The notes: a model not told the origin generated them from the letters alone. A DNA stretch of 64,000 bases from Takakia lepidozioides (GCA_030704615.1 CM060732.1:62930001-62994000); one strand, 5' to 3'. Numbered from the stretch's first letter, positions 11,181 to 26,857 are shown. A program made the numbers and translations.

Positions 11181-12939
11181 GAAGAAACTACTTAAGTGCA
11201 CGGACCAAGGATATGTGCACCTCTATTGGTCTAAAAGACACATTTACTAACAAGGCTGGGAGAAATGTTGGTGTGACGAGGTAACATGAATTGTTGTCAA
11301 TTCAACAATAAATAAATGTTTCCACACTGAGAATTGTTTGTAGATTGATTAATGGTCAAAGTGTATAGGTTCTTTTTGTATGTTGATGCAATTTTTCTAA
11401 TGTAACTGTTGCCTACAAGATTTTGGATCCTAGACTGATGTGTGGATCTTATGGTACATTATACATATTGAATTCTAGTGGCGCTCTTGCAGAACAACCA
11501 TGACTGTTATAGGACATCGTGACTTTGAGGTATGATAGAGAGTTTTAATATACAGGGAATGGTTCCAGATGGAGGAATTGACGAGCTTCTAATTATGGAG
11601 ATTCCTCTGACAAGAGTCACGCAACATCAGTCAAGAGCGACGATTATTTTGTAGATGACCTTCCATCAATATTCACCACCACAAATATATCGGATCAGAT
11701 TCATGCACCATCGACACCATCTACTTTTGTGGAAGCTTGTCTATCTATGGGTCCAACATATCCCGGTTGAAGAGACTTTTTTTGCATCAACTGACGATAT
11801 CAACCTTAAAGGCTACAAATCATGATAAGACTAGTTGCAACAATTACGGATCTGAAGTATCGCAAGATGTTTCAGCACCACCACTCGTAGTCAAGGCACA
11901 AAATGAAATGGAGCTTAAGAATGCCAATATGTGGGGTGACGATGATTTTTGGTTTGATATTCCATTATTGAAAGAAGTAGATGATGCACTTTTCAAGTAC
12001 CGTGACAAATGTGACAAACTGAAAGTGGAGTTGGGTATTACATCCTTGGTCACCAACAACAGCTCAAAAACCACTTCCAAAATCTAATACTTATATACTG
12101 CAATATTACATTGAATATAACTGATCCATCCACCGCTGCACAACTATTGAAAGACCTCACTAGGTAGGACTACTGGAGCTTAGCTGATTTGATTTGGACT
12201 ATGTGGACAAAATTTGGTACATATGCCCTTGTTGGTAGCACACTAATGCCAGCCTCTTAGGCTAGGTTGGACATTTGCTTTGCAATTTAGTTATGGTTTC
12301 TGATTTTGCTTTTACACATGCTAAATGGCTCCTTAATGTCTCATGGAACTTGGGAGGGATCGAACAGACTTTACTTTTTAAGGACCTTTTGTGAAGATCC
12401 AGTACACAATGGAAATGACCCTCTTAATTGGTTTGTGCCAGAACTCACAAAACATTGAATTTGAAGTAGAGTTTATGATGATTTTGTGTCTCTCGTAAAA
12501 TTGTCGAAAACATTATGTCTCGTTAGAACCATCCGTTCCATGATTCGGAAGATAGACCTTCCCTTCCGTGAAACGGAAGGTGTTCTTGAGATACATGCAC
12601 TTGGCGTCCGGTCCGGAAGGCCACATCCTAGCAGGGCATTCCCTCAGCGGAGATATGGTCAAAATACAAAGGGTGAAAAGCCAAAGGGTGTTATGTGAGG
12701 GGAACTGCCCCAGTCCAGGGCATTCACAGGCGGAAGCCCCATGGAAGTACCGACTGCCCATGAATGTCCGTGGGCGGGGGCATTCCCCGACATGGCATCC
12801 GATTGGCCCACGTGTCGCTCAACCTGCCTCTGCACTGGGTTGAGCACCAGAAGATTGTGTGGAAGGTTTTACACGTGGCGCTTCATAGGCACTTCCGGCA
12901 GGTTGATCTGACATAGTTTACGACCTAAAAGAGAGTACT

Positions 12940-13970
12940 AAGGTTGTTTTACAAATGCAGATTGGGCAGGAGGTGCTAATAGTAGAAGATCTACTTCAAG
13001 TCATTGCTTTGTTGTATTAGGTGACGCTGTATCTTAGTCTAGCAAACGACAAACTTCAATAGCTATTTTTTTAAGAGAAGCTGAGTACATGTCAGCTACA
13101 CAAGCAACAAAAGAAGCTATTTGGTTGCGGACAACCCTTTTTTTAGGCGAAAAATAGCCAAAAAGCTACAAATAAAATATGGAGTTGACATAGTTATATA
13201 AAAATATGGGATCAAAATACTTTGTTGGAGCCAGCTACAGCTCTGTACATAGGGAGACGGAGCCAAAACGTTTCATTATCATATAGGCTTGGCGCCTTCA
13301 ATTTTGGATCTCAATTTTGTAACTATAGCCAGATCTATACAGATACACCACTAGATATCGCAGAGTCTGCACTATGATGCCTCTATAAGCTCCCATGTAG
13401 TGCCTACATATACACCCGGCTCGTCTTATCATTTATTCCATTTATTCCAAGTAGCGTTCAAACCAGCCCTTTTTTTCCATATTCCAATATTGGAGCCACA
13501 AATTTTGTATCCTAAAAATCAGAGTGTTGCCCTCACAAATTTTTATTTGGTTTCACAGTTTGCCAAAACTCAAACCTGAATTGAAGTATTGTTGCCAGCC
13601 GTTGCACCACCAAAGTTTTTGAATATAATCGCCAATTCAGTTCCAAGGAGCCTGCTGACTGTAGCCACGTCTGTGAAACTTCAGAAATGAAAAAAGGGGC
13701 TGGTTGTAGAAGCTACTTATGGGGCACCTACAACCACACCTACAACTCTATGTTGTGACAATCGAAATTTGATTGCACCAAAACGCCGTTCGAGAACCTA
13801 TTGAGATTCAACATCACTACATTTGGGAGGTTGTAGGCAAATGAAAAATTGAAGTGGGCTATTGCCCAATAAAAGACATGGTTGCTAATGTTTTGACAAA
13901 AAGCTTACCAAAGCCTAAGCACATCAAGTGTTCACTTGAACTTGGTGTTATTTTCCAAAGACATTGAAAG
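12940..13970 (+). mobile_element. Degenerate Ty1/copia RNase H fragment split by an insertion
   Basis: 12940-13130 encodes NADWAGGANSRRSTSSHCF...SKRQTSIAI...EAEYMSATQATKEAIWLR. 13720-13950 continues ...CCDNRN...IEIQHHYI...DMVANVLTKSLPKPKH, with stops and frameshifts. Confidence 0.85.
13131..13708. mobile_element. MITE-like insertion in the copia RNase H
   Basis: Interrupts the copia frame. Its ends, ACAACCCTTTTTT and AAAAAAGGGGCTGGTTGT, are imperfectly inverted. Confidence 0.45.
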
Positions 13971-14003
13971 GTTGAGATTACAAGAACATCTCAATGAGAG
14001 AGA

Positions 14004-14312
14004 GGTTGAAAAACACCTCCAACAAATTTACAACTTGACTTGTTGAGAAAATTAATAACTCTGAACTAAGAGAGCTTTGTCTTGAGGTTAAAGCTAGTCC
14101 CATTATGAGGTTACTTAACACATATAATAAAAATAGATGTAAATGTCAAATCATTAGAGATTGTTTTTAGCCTAGCTAGAACTGCATAAGAAGCTGGGGG
14201 GTGAAGCCACAGATCAATTATTCTTGCTGTGTGCTTCTATGGTTGGATGGAGAGTGGATCCACAATCCACTGCCTTAATCCACTTGGCTACGTCCGCCCC
14301 GTCTTCTCAACA
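14004..14312 (+). mobile_element. Probable copia 3' LTR
   Basis: Follows a purine tract (GAGAGAGAGG), contains TATAATAAAA and ends ...TCTCAACA. Homology to the duplicated PPR flank starts immediately after it, at 14313. Confidence 0.5.
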
Positions 14313-14654
14313 GCCATTTGGGTCTTGGGGCACTGTCAGATTTAACTAAACTTATGCTGGTGCCTTTCTAGTCTCAACTCGTGCAATGCTGACACTTGCA
14401 TCTCGGAGAGGATGCTCATGTTGAATGTGAAAAGCAACGGTGAGAATAGTTCCAATCATAGTCCAAGTTCTTGATCTCATTTTTTCCCAAGATTGTGTAC
14501 TCTTGGACCATTGTCACTTTCCACCCCGAGCCCAGAATAGACACAAGCAAGTGTAAGGGTTCCATTCCATCACAGCCCAACTGCATCTCTTGGCCAGTTG
14601 CATAGATTGGGATTTGACTGTAGAAAAAGGATCAGTGAGAGGCACCATGCCCAT

Positions 14655-15280
14655 GTGGCACAACCCTGCCATCCTGCAGTTTCCCAAAACTTACAGTTAC
14701 CACGTTTACACTCATACATCTCAAATCTCCTAATAATTCAAAGAAAGACATCTTTGGAGGAGAGAGGCCCTGCTATCTTTCACAGGGCAGTGTACTATTG
14801 GTCAGCTAGACAAAAACTGTCCTAATACTCTTTCAGCTGCAACCATTAAATCTTCATCATCAAATGATACCTGACATTTTCAGAGGAGGTCCATGGGTAC
14901 ATTGATGTTAGAACCATCACTAGATTGTTCTTGTATCATCACAGCTAGCTCAGCCTTCACAGAGGAGGGTTTGACCAAGTCTAAATCCAAAGGGCCTTCC
15001 TGGTGTGCATAAGCCTGAAGTCTGGTGATCAATGGACTTTCCTGTAAAACTATGTGTGTCTGACTGAGCAACCGATTTTCAACCACATGCTCCACAAAGA
15101 CCAGGGCTACAACCACCAGAGTATTGAGAATCTCTCAATTACCAGGGGACAACCTTGAACAACCTAGTTTCATGCCCTGAGTGAAGATAGCCTCACCTTA
15201 TTCAACATGTTGTCCCACAACTTTGAAGGACCTGAAATGAATTCCTTCCAAAGATGTTCCATCCTTATTGCTTTCCCTGC
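14655..15280 (-). pseudogene. Truncated PDF-PPR pseudogene (PDF-motif exons plus the first bases of the PPR exon)
   Basis: Exon-like ...AIRMEHLWKEFISGPSKLWDNMLNK|GTGAG (~15197-15276), a frameshifted second PDF exon (~14875-15041), and the CTGCAG|GATGGCAGGGTTG PPR-exon start at ~14672. Confidence 0.7.
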
Positions 15281-15618
15281 ATCCAAATACCAGATCTTTA
15301 GCAGCATCTAATTGTCATTTAAGATATACGAGTGAAAATTCCAAATGAACCTCTCTATTGGCAAGTTTCATTTAATTCAAATACGCAAAACTAAAAACTG
15401 TTCTTGATTTTGTGACTTGGAATTTGGGAGCTCAATTCTCATGTCCACTACCAGTCAAGCCTCATAATCTCAGGATCTTCACACTTACTGTTCCTGGAAA
15501 TCTGTCAACAAGTAAGAGAAAGTGCAGGACTAATGATCTCTTTCAACTTACCAAGAAGTAACCATGACCTTCCTTGATGTGTGAAGTGACGCACTTTCTT
15601 CTATGCATGTTACTGGTT

Positions 15619-18468
15619 TCACCAGTAATCCCCACACGAACAAACCCCATCCTGGAAGTGATGAAAACGGTGGGCATCCCGTACAACAATTGCTCGCCCA
15701 ACAATCTTTGAGATGAACTTGGTTGCAGTGTGGCAGTCACCGCACACCCGAAGGTTTTTAGTGATGTGGATGGGTGTCCCAGGGGATGTACTGATAAGCC
15801 CTAAAGCTATGGCCAGCTTTTCACTGTGGTGGCAAAGCGAAGTTTCCTTTTGCTCCTCCTCCACATCATGCAATACAAAGCGTGTGTCTGGCACGTACCC
15901 AGCCTCCTTCATCATCTCAAACAATTTCTTCAGCTCAGCATGGATTTCCCTGATTCGTGGATGCAGTTTGTCTTCTACAACAAATGTATGCACCTGGTTG
16001 TCCACCTCAATGCTGCTGCGCCCAGGCTCCTTTTTGACACCTCTGTCCTCCATCAATTTTCTCACCTGCGCCTTTTCATCCCACCTGCCAGCTGCAGCAT
16101 AGATGTTTGATAGCAGCACATAAGTTCCGGCATGCTGTTTATCCCACTTGAGAACACATTTTGCCGCACGTTCTGCTACCTTCACATCGCCATGAATTCT
16201 GCAGGCACCAAGCAAGGATGCCCACACTGAAGCACTTGGTTCAACTGGCATATTGTTAACAAATTCCTCTGCCTGATCTAGTTGCCCTGCACGACCAAGA
16301 AGGTCAACCATGCAGCCAAAATGCTCCACTGAAGGACTGAGGCCATGATCTTGACTCATGGAATCAAAGAGGTGATGCCCTTCTTCCACAAGGCCTGCAT
16401 GACTACATGCAGAGAGCAGAGATATAAAGGTGATGCTGTCTGGCTTCAAACCTTCCTGTTGCATTTGTTCAAATACTTGCAGGACCTCCTTACCACAACC
16501 ATGCTGAGCATATCCTGCAATCATTGTATTCCATGATACCACATTTCGTCTGTCCATTGTATCAAACACATGACGTGCATCCTTGAGCCTCCCACACTTT
16601 GCATACATGTCGACAAGGCTATTCTCCAAATTGACATATGATGCAATCCCAGCTTTTGTGATGTCGGCATGGACCTCTCTGCCCTTTTCCAGGGCCCCTA
16701 GGCTGGCACAAGCATTGAGAACACAAATGAATGTAACTCTGTTGGGCGTTCCCCCCTCCCGTAGCATTTGCTCATAGATATGAAAAGCCTCCTTACCACA
16801 CCCATGCTGAGCATATCCTGCAATCATTGAAGTCCATGAGACTACATCTCGTTCAGCCATACTGTCAAACACCTGACGTGCATCATTGACACTCCCACAT
16901 TTGGCATACATGTCCACAAGATTATTACCCAGATCAACATTTGATACAATTTCAGCTTTGACAATATCAGCATGGACCTCTTTGCCCCTTTCCAGAGCTC
17001 CTAGGCTCCCACATGCATCTAGAACACCAATGAACGTGACCACATTGGGTGTCATCCCTTCCTGTTGCATTTGCTCGTAGATCTTCAAAGCCTCCCTACC
17101 AAACCCATGTTGAGCATATCCTACAATCATTGCACTCCACGAGACCACATTTCGTTGAGCCATATTATCAAACACCTGACGTGCATCCTTCATGCTCTGG
17201 CATTTGGCATACATGTCAACAAGGGCAGTCTCGAGGATGACATCTGGCACAATTCCAGCTTTGATGATGTCAGCATGGACCCTTTTGCTCTTTTCCAGGG
17301 ATCCTAGGCCGGCACATGCATTGAGAACACAAACAAATGTGACTATGTTGGGTGTTACCTTTTCTTGCTGCATCTGCGTATACATCTTCAAAGCCTCCTT
17401 ACCGTACCCATGTTGAGCATAACCTGCAATCAGCGCAGTCCATGACACCACATTCCGTTGTCTCATATTGTCGAACACGTGACATGCGTCCTTCATGTTA
17501 CCGCACTTGGCATACATATCAGTGAGCGCAGTCTCCAAAATCATATCTGGAGCAATTCCAGCTTTGATGATGTCAGCATGGACCTCTTTGCCCTTTTCCA
17601 GGGCTCCTAGGCTAGCACATGCATTCAGAATGGAAACGAATGTGACCCTGTTGGGCCTTACCCCTTGCTGTTGCATTTGCTCATACATATCAAGAGCCTC
17701 CCTACCACACCCCTGCTGAGCATATCCTGCAATCATCGCACTCCATGAGACCACATTCCGTTGCGCCATTTTGTCAAACACTTGATGCGCATCCTTCATG
17801 CTCCCGCATTTGGCATACATATCAGCAAGGGCAGTTTCCAACAAAATATTTGGTGCAATTCCAGCTTTCATGATGTCAACATGGACCTCTTTGCCCATTT
17901 CCAGGGCTCCTAGGCTGGAACACGCATTTACAATGCAAATGAATGTAACCATGTCGGGTGACACTCTTTCCTGTTGCATTTGCTCATATATCTTGAACGC
18001 CTTCCTACCACACCCATGTTTGGCATATCCCGCTATCATTATATTCCATGAAAAAACATCTCGTTCAGTCATATTGTCAAACACTTGGAATGCATCCACT
18101 ACACTCCCACACTTCGTATACATGTTGACAAGTGTGTTGAGTAGAAAGGTGTTTGGCTTCAATCTGCTTTGGATAATGTGGGCATGCACCTGCTTTCCCT
18201 CTGCTAAATGTTTCATCTTGATGCACTCCTGCAAGAGACAGACATAAGTACTGCAGTCTGCCCGAATGCTTTGCTGGTGCAAAATGTGCAGTGCCACTTT
18301 CAGTTGGCCTGCCCTACACAGTGTCCTCACATACCCACAAATGGCAGAAGAGTTATCCTTGACTCCCTCTCTTGGCCTTCTTTCAAGAACAGTGGCCATG
18401 TAGGAGGTGCGACCGCTTCTGCCGCTCTCATGTCCAATGGACAACTGTGCCTGATTCAACCCTGCCAT
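15619..18468 (-). CDS. PLS-class PPR protein with E1/E2 and DYW deaminase domain (organellar C-to-U RNA editing factor), 949 aa
   Basis: L,S + 5x(P,L,S) + P2,L2,S2, PG box PGRSSIEV, HSEKLA, CGDCH and terminal CSCGDYW. The ORF is intact. Confidence 0.97.
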   Translation of the reverse strand: MAGLNQAQLSIGHESGRSGRTSYMATVLERRPREGVKDNSSAICGYVRTLCRAGQLKVALHILHQQSIRADCSTYVCLLQECIKMKHLAEGKQVHAHIIQSRLKPNTFLLNTLVNMYTKCGSVVDAFQVFDNMTERDVFSWNIMIAGYAKHGCGRKAFKIYEQMQQERVSPDMVTFICIVNACSSLGALEMGKEVHVDIMKAGIAPNILLETALADMYAKCGSMKDAHQVFDKMAQRNVVSWSAMIAGYAQQGCGREALDMYEQMQQQGVRPNRVTFVSILNACASLGALEKGKEVHADIIKAGIAPDMILETALTDMYAKCGNMKDACHVFDNMRQRNVVSWTALIAGYAQHGYGKEALKMYTQMQQEKVTPNIVTFVCVLNACAGLGSLEKSKRVHADIIKAGIVPDVILETALVDMYAKCQSMKDARQVFDNMAQRNVVSWSAMIVGYAQHGFGREALKIYEQMQQEGMTPNVVTFIGVLDACGSLGALERGKEVHADIVKAEIVSNVDLGNNLVDMYAKCGSVNDARQVFDSMAERDVVSWTSMIAGYAQHGCGKEAFHIYEQMLREGGTPNRVTFICVLNACASLGALEKGREVHADITKAGIASYVNLENSLVDMYAKCGRLKDARHVFDTMDRRNVVSWNTMIAGYAQHGCGKEVLQVFEQMQQEGLKPDSITFISLLSACSHAGLVEEGHHLFDSMSQDHGLSPSVEHFGCMVDLLGRAGQLDQAEEFVNNMPVEPSASVWASLLGACRIHGDVKVAERAAKCVLKWDKQHAGTYVLLSNIYAAAGRWDEKAQVRKLMEDRGVKKEPGRSSIEVDNQVHTFVVEDKLHPRIREIHAELKKLFEMMKEAGYVPDTRFVLHDVEEEQKETSLCHHSEKLAIALGLISTSPGTPIHITKNLRVCGDCHTATKFISKIVGRAIVVRDAHRFHHFQDGVCSCGDYW

Positions 18469-18671
18469 CCTGCATGTTTCTAAACTCTTAATGGTAACCT
18501 CATACCCTCACCTAATATACCTCGACTTTCCCAGATACTTCAAGCAATGATCTCTCCAGGTACTTGATAAATGTTAACACGCTTAAAAACCTACTGCAGT
18601 CATATATTGAGAGTACTACCAATTTGATCCTCTTGAATTTGGAAATCTCTCAGAAATCATCGAAACGGTAC

Positions 18672-19215
18672 CAATTGTAGTCTGGGCGTGGAGCTCCATG
18701 TTGTGCGGAGATAGTAGAAATATGACCATGTGCTCGACTAGGTATTCCGGCAGATAGCTCTGTTTTCACGCAAGCAGGGTTCGTCCCACTCTCAATCCAC
18801 TGGGCCTCCTTGGTGCGTCTACGTCTGAAGTCTGGCGATCTTGGACTTTCATAGGGAAACCACATGGTTTCATCTGAGCAGCCACAACTTTGGCCCTGGC
18901 CTCACAAAGACCAGGATACAAGCTCTGAGCTTCTGTCAAATAACAATGAACAACCTTGAACAGCCTACTCTCATGCCCTGCTAGTACGTCAGAACCACCT
19001 AGCTGTTTTTTCCGAGGAAAAGTAAAATTGTGGTTAATGTAAGCAACTGGAGACAAAATCCAGTCCACAACGTATCATAATGCCAGCTCCATCCCCAAGC
19101 AAAATCTGTCACCTCCTAAATGAAGATGGCCTCACCTTCTTAAAGCGTTTGTCCCGCCACTGTGCAGCATCTGAGAAGGACTCCTGCCAGAGCCGCTCTC
19201 TTCCTATCGCTTGGT
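18672..19215 (-). other. Upstream PDF-motif exons of the 15.6-18.5 kb PPR-DYW gene (degenerate)
   Basis: 19136-19215 encodes QAIGRERLWQESFSDAAQWRDKRFKK|GTGAG. 18672-18850 encodes ESPRSPDFRRRRTKEAQWIESGTNPACVKTEL...YN, with a phase-2 donor matching the acceptor at 18470. The acceptor of the second exon reads AT rather than AG. Confidence 0.75.
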
Positions 19216-21071
19216 CTGCATGCAAACACCGTTAAAACAAGAGCTTATTGCCTGATACTTCACTGAGGAATTGTGGGTCTCTCTTTCTTTCTCACACATA
19301 CAAAAGAAACACTTTGAGACACAGAAAAGCGGTATACACACATTTCAGGCCCCACTCAAGGAGCTCACTGAAGGAACACAATGATATCGATTACACAAAT
19401 CTTCCTCAACCGCCTAGGTTTTAAAATTCCGCTCGACCAACATGGTATAGTTCCTGCTGCCTTCAAGAACAACAAGGAGCCTGCATCCTCTCAATTCAGA
19501 CAGTTTACAGACAGAGCACACTTCTGTACCTGTCTTCGCTTTCCCTGCAGGCTGAGAAGGCGTCATAGGCATCACTGGCAAGGAAATGATGCCCATTGGA
19601 GCTCCACAGCCTGGCCCATTTATAAGGTGCCCCATGTGAGGATTCCCCTCCCATTCCCAGCCTCTGGATATGGCCTCTGCCTCACATCCTTCGAACCTTC
19701 AAAAAGGGCAGGGCTTGTAACAGAACATACGAAGATATTCCTCGTAACCGAATATGCTTGACGGCTTACTCTAGAGTAGTCTAATTGAAAATCACGTCAT
19801 TGTGCACCTACTCACAAACACGAAGGATATCCAGGTGTTTCGTTCCCAGAAGCACTGATGATTGTCCATGGGTCCCGAGCCGGAGACAAAGGCAGCGCTG
19901 ATCAGCGTTGTTGCTATAAGTTACATTGGCCTGTGGGTTCACTCTGCATTTGAGGGCCTTGCGACTCAACAACGATTCGCATGAACGCCGATGTTCAGAA
20001 TACTAATTTTCACTCAGGGTTTACGGCTTTCTCCACAGTGCTGTTGCAGTGTGCATCAATTGATCCGAACTTATCCCTATGACGTCCGAGAATTTGAGCA
20101 AATGTGAATGCAAAGCTAAACGCAGGCGGATGCATGGCTCCGGACTAGCCTTATGCGCGGCGTCCCTGCACAAGGTCTAGTTTCCAGCAATATTGAGGGG
20201 CATGGCACTGTTCTTCACCTTGCCGGAGCAGCCTTTCCTTCCTCTCTCGTGTACACAGGGCATGTGCATGCATTTGCGTTATAGAACCATACGAGTTGCC
20301 ATCGATTAGACTCCAGGAAGAGTCGTAGCTAATCGGATTGATGCCATCGTTATTGGGCTTGCATCTGCTGTCTTATGCTCAGGTCTACAAGTTCCACTCC
20401 AAGACAGCATCCGTTGATCAAGATCTCGGCCTTTCATTTGCAGTTCCGGTAAGTGAGCTGTGTAATTAGTGATTTGGGACTATATGAAGAGCCGAGGTTG
20501 AGTTTACCAAGAAGAAAATCATCATCATATAAAATATTCAGATCTGTACTTGTACTATGTTTGTACAGTGGCAGGAATCTTGTCGCTCTATGCAGCATCA
20601 CTCACCAGTAGAATTGTACACTAGTGAAGTACATGGGAGGAAATCCCAAATAGTAGATGCTTTGAGGTGATATCGTTCCCGTTCCCGAGGCAACACAATA
20701 TACATCATACCACGTACTGCAAGTTTTGGCCTTGCGTGCTAGGATATGCCCCTACCTCCTCTCCTTCCCCATTCGGTCCTCCCACGTTCAAGAACACTGC
20801 TCGACACAGAGAGAGACAGGGCCCAAACAATGAGAACACGATCAATTTAAGTTAAGTGGGGGATCCAGCTTAAATTTCGAGTGAATCACCATCTTTTATT
20901 GCCTCTTTATTGCACAAGCAATTCAAACAACGAATTACACAGACCAATTGATCCGAGACATCTATTCAGGCGGCTGCCATGCTTGACACTCTCGGACTGA
21001 AATGACGAAATGTTTCAATGTACAACCACGGGAGTGGAAGATTCTCACTCTCGGGGGAACTCCAAACCACT

Positions 21072-22135
<1,064 letters not shown>

Positions 22136-24122
22136 GGCTACAAACTCAACACCCACCGGAAGTAGAGAGCGCGAGACACAGAATTTCGTACTGCACAGTG
22201 AAGACGACGAAGTTGGAGAGGGGCTGGCGAGTTATATGAAGAGCGCAGCCGCCCTCAGGGATTTGTGCCACCATGGACGCCACATGGGCCTGCAATCTTC
22301 CCAATGGGCTGCTCGCCCCCACCCAGATGAGGCGCATCCTGCACGCCAATGGGCGCTGGCGCAGGCCGATGTGAGAGTGTGGCTTCCAGCAACTGCCATT
22401 GGCTCTGCAATGCTAACCACGAGCTTGCACGTAACAGCGTGATGCTTGCCATATCCCTCCCTTCCTGTTGGTTGTTCGCCCGTGTGGGCCCAGGGAAGAC
22501 GGCCAGAATTTCCTGGTTAAGTTCGTTTTTCTCACAAAAATTCACCTTTAGGAATGGCGTCTTCTTCATCTCTGTGCACTGGGGAGTGAAAATTGGTTGT
22601 GGGGGAGTCTCAAGGGCAGAGTTTTGTTATCCAGATCGGTATGTACACTGTTTCGCTTAAACGGTTTCAAGACTGGACTCTATCTAAAAATACAGTGGCT
22701 TGACGGCACCATCAATGTCTGTAAGCACAATCACGTGCTTAACTTGTCAAATTTCCGTTGCAGAAGAGACGTTGATATCGAACTCCGAGATCACCTGCCT
22801 ACTCACATGCTTCAATCTCTGCCAGAGATTGAGGAGAGGAGTTCAATAAAACTCGTGGGATAAAAAACTATAACATGCACCATCGAGCACTGTGCCCATG
22901 GCTTGAAAATTCATCGTTGCACGCATGATACATGCGGGTGACGGCGGTGGAGGAGGAATTTCTTACTAGGCATGCTTAGTTAGCTGTCAGAGATCAGTAG
23001 TCAGACAACAGGAAGAGTCTAGAACATCCTAACTCTCTTACAACACTACAGATCAAGAAGCGCGCTTGGAAGGATTCATTTCACCAAATGAGACACCAAA
23101 CATATATTGAAAACCAAAATTGATCTCCATCTTTAGCCGGCAACATAAGCAACATAAGTTATATGAGGTAGATCTGTACACTACGCAGCAGACAATCGAA
23201 AGGAACATAAGGATTGAACCCTGCTTCAGCTCTTTCACGTTGATGGACCCACCATGCTGGAGCCCTCGCCAGATAACTTGGGAGGAAGGTTCGCAATCCA
23301 ATCACTACCTCCAGGCTGATCTCCCTAAATATATGATAGCCAATCCACAATCCTATCCAGTGACTATTTTTTAGGGTACTTCCAACTTTCATGTGCAAGT
23401 TTCGCTTTTCATGTTGAAGGGCTGTAATTTTGACTGCCCTTCATCCTTCTTTTGGAGGCCATTCATCACCCCCTTTCACTATTAAATGCTTTGGAATGTA
23501 GAAGAGTGCTATGCGATTGTGAGTAGCCTACTGATAAGGCGGTGGCAGGACAGGTGGCGAGTTGTTGGGTTCGATCCTCAAGGAGTGTAATGTAACCTGG
23601 ACTGTGTAACTCCAGCGTACTGTAATCTTGGGACTCTCAAACCCTGTGTTTGGTGTAACTCCTAGCAGGACATTTATATAGGAGTTACACAGTCCCTTAC
23701 AAGTCCCCCTTGATCTCTTAAGCCATTCCCTGAGTAGAATTCTTTGTTTTACTAAGCATGTTTAACCAGTGTCACTCCGGATTTATACTCCCTTCAGTTC
23801 CATGTGACTGTTGAGAAAGGGTGGAGAAATTTTGACATGAAGAACATACGGTGCACGCATTTACTTCTTACATTATTCCTAGTGTTCACTCAAAAAAATC
23901 TTTAAAGTGAAACCTCCATTTGAATCCTCCAGCTTTCATTTGCAAGTTTCATTTTTCTCTGGACCTTCGTGATGAAAGGTTCAGAGTTTTTCTTGCCTTT
24001 CTTTAGAAGGGCCCATGTTATTTTGTCCTTCATAAAATGGAGCAGTTTTGCAAGGTGAAGGGCGGCCGTTGCAGTCTTCCAAAAATAGCCAGAGGCCCTA
24101 AATCACATGAGGTTTCTGTTGT

Positions 24123-24821
24123 GGTGATGTCAGAAGTTCAATCGCTGGTGGCCATATTGCGCTCAGACATGGGCATGCATTGGTGGATGGCTGCTTGCAA
24201 CACCCAATTGAGACGCAGCGATTGGTGCAAACAAGCGTTGTGGCTGCGGTGCAATCCTGCGCGGGACTTATCTCTGCAATCCGCTTCACACTTCAACTGC
24301 GCTGTTTTTACTTAGTGCATTTTCTTCTCCTCTTTCCTACAGTGTGCCGGATGAAGATTGTGGGCCCCGCATTCATCCAATCCTGAAGCAGAGCCGGAGG
24401 GGAAGCTATCCAGCAGATAGCGCTCTCATTGGCCGCCCAGATTTTCCCCACCCGCTTCCCGCTACATTCTCGCTCCATATTTTCACGAGCCTGCAAGTTT
24501 CTTATTTTGTGGACAGAGACCAATTCTCATTAACAATCGGCATATTCCATCCATGATAGAGGTCGGTGGATTCGTGGATTCCTGGATTCTACCATCTCAT
24601 CTTCATCCGTCTTCCTTGTGTACATTTTACCGTGGCACGCTGGGAAATCAGCAAGCTCCTTGAGGCGAGCCACGTTGCAAACTGCGAGATTATCTCCACC
24701 GAGTTACTCTGCCCTCCTATTTAGCCTAGTCCTCCTAGCTCCACCTTCAGAGTCTTCTCTTTTCTCTCTCTCTACACTCCCCTGCCTGCTTGCTCTCTCT
24801 GGACCACAGTTGTTGGCAAAA
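24123..24821 (+). promoter_or_regulatory. LHCB promoter/5' UTR, near-identical to 38664-39362 (inverted)
   Basis: ACGT-core box GCCACGTT (~24670), GATA/TTATC motifs, TATTTA (~24718) and a CT-rich leader. Confidence 0.6.
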
Positions 24822-25813
<992 letters not shown>

Positions 25814-26857
25814 ATCAGCTATGTAGACATTGGGAGCTCATTGAATAGTTCGCAGGTGTATTATACAAGGTTGTTCTCTAGTCTTAAGAGAACTGGTCTC
25901 AAACGTTTGGCTCCAATTTTTGCCTTGGTAATGTGCAGATACCACGTTTTGCTATAAACAGTCTTGTCGCACTGCTACTCGTTTTCTTTGTCATACAATG
26001 TAACTGGTATTGAGTCTATCACTCCCTCCTAATGCTGTTTCTGTGAACTTCTCAAATGTGGAGGTCGCCCTAAAGCTGCGAGAAGTAGAATAGACTGACT
26101 CAGTTAGTTTAGAAGATTGCACGCCCGAAAAACTCCGAAAGTGAAAATTATTAGTAGAATGTTTCATCATCACCCCTCAAAGTTGAGAAGCTGGGGAGTA
26201 TCACTGAATGTTCAAATAATTGCTTGGCAGATTTCTCTCCGACAACTTCAGACGTAATTCTACTTTTTAATCCAGAAAGATCTTGCTCGTTTGAAGGCAA
26301 GTTTATTGCGTTAAATGGAATTGTAAATCACGAGTAAATTGTAAACTATGCGTCCATTTGAATGTAACTCTATACTTGACAGCTTCGGCTGTGAAATACT
26401 TATCTACCCTACCCTCTTGTGCTGTACTTCAGTACTACGTCATATATTCTAAACACATAATGAGTTTTCTTTCAATTCGGTTCCTATTTACAATAATGAC
26501 ATAATTACACATGCCTCTGCGCATAAATCTGCTCCTTCTAATCAAATGGGAAATAATGGGTAACAATAATCATTATGATCAAGCTGAATCGTTTAGTAGA
26601 AAAGTTATATTCAAATATGTAGTACAACAGTCAATTTGCACACAATGTTGCAACTCAATTCTGCTAAAATTACATTATCCCTGTGAGTGCGAGCACCACA
26701 TGCTGTGGCTTGCTTTCATACTGTGGCTTGCTTTCTCTCCTATGCCCAACCGACCAAAGACCTCAGGCACTGACAAGAACATGGCATCCTTTTGCTATAC
26801 ACGCATGTTCAAACAGCATGTAATACAACTCCCATTTCTGTACGGAAAAGATTGTTA

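Noticed and set aside
11200-12100. Exon-like fragments and the 116-aa ORF at 11737-12087
   Set aside because: Possibly a decayed gene, but no family could be recognised.
12486-12915. GC-rich segment with several short ORFs
   Set aside because: Probably TE non-coding sequence; no termini or protein motif could be supported.
23519-23810. Possible solo LTR between the divergent LHCB genes
   Set aside because: LTR-like composition, but no convincing TG...CA ends with a TSD.
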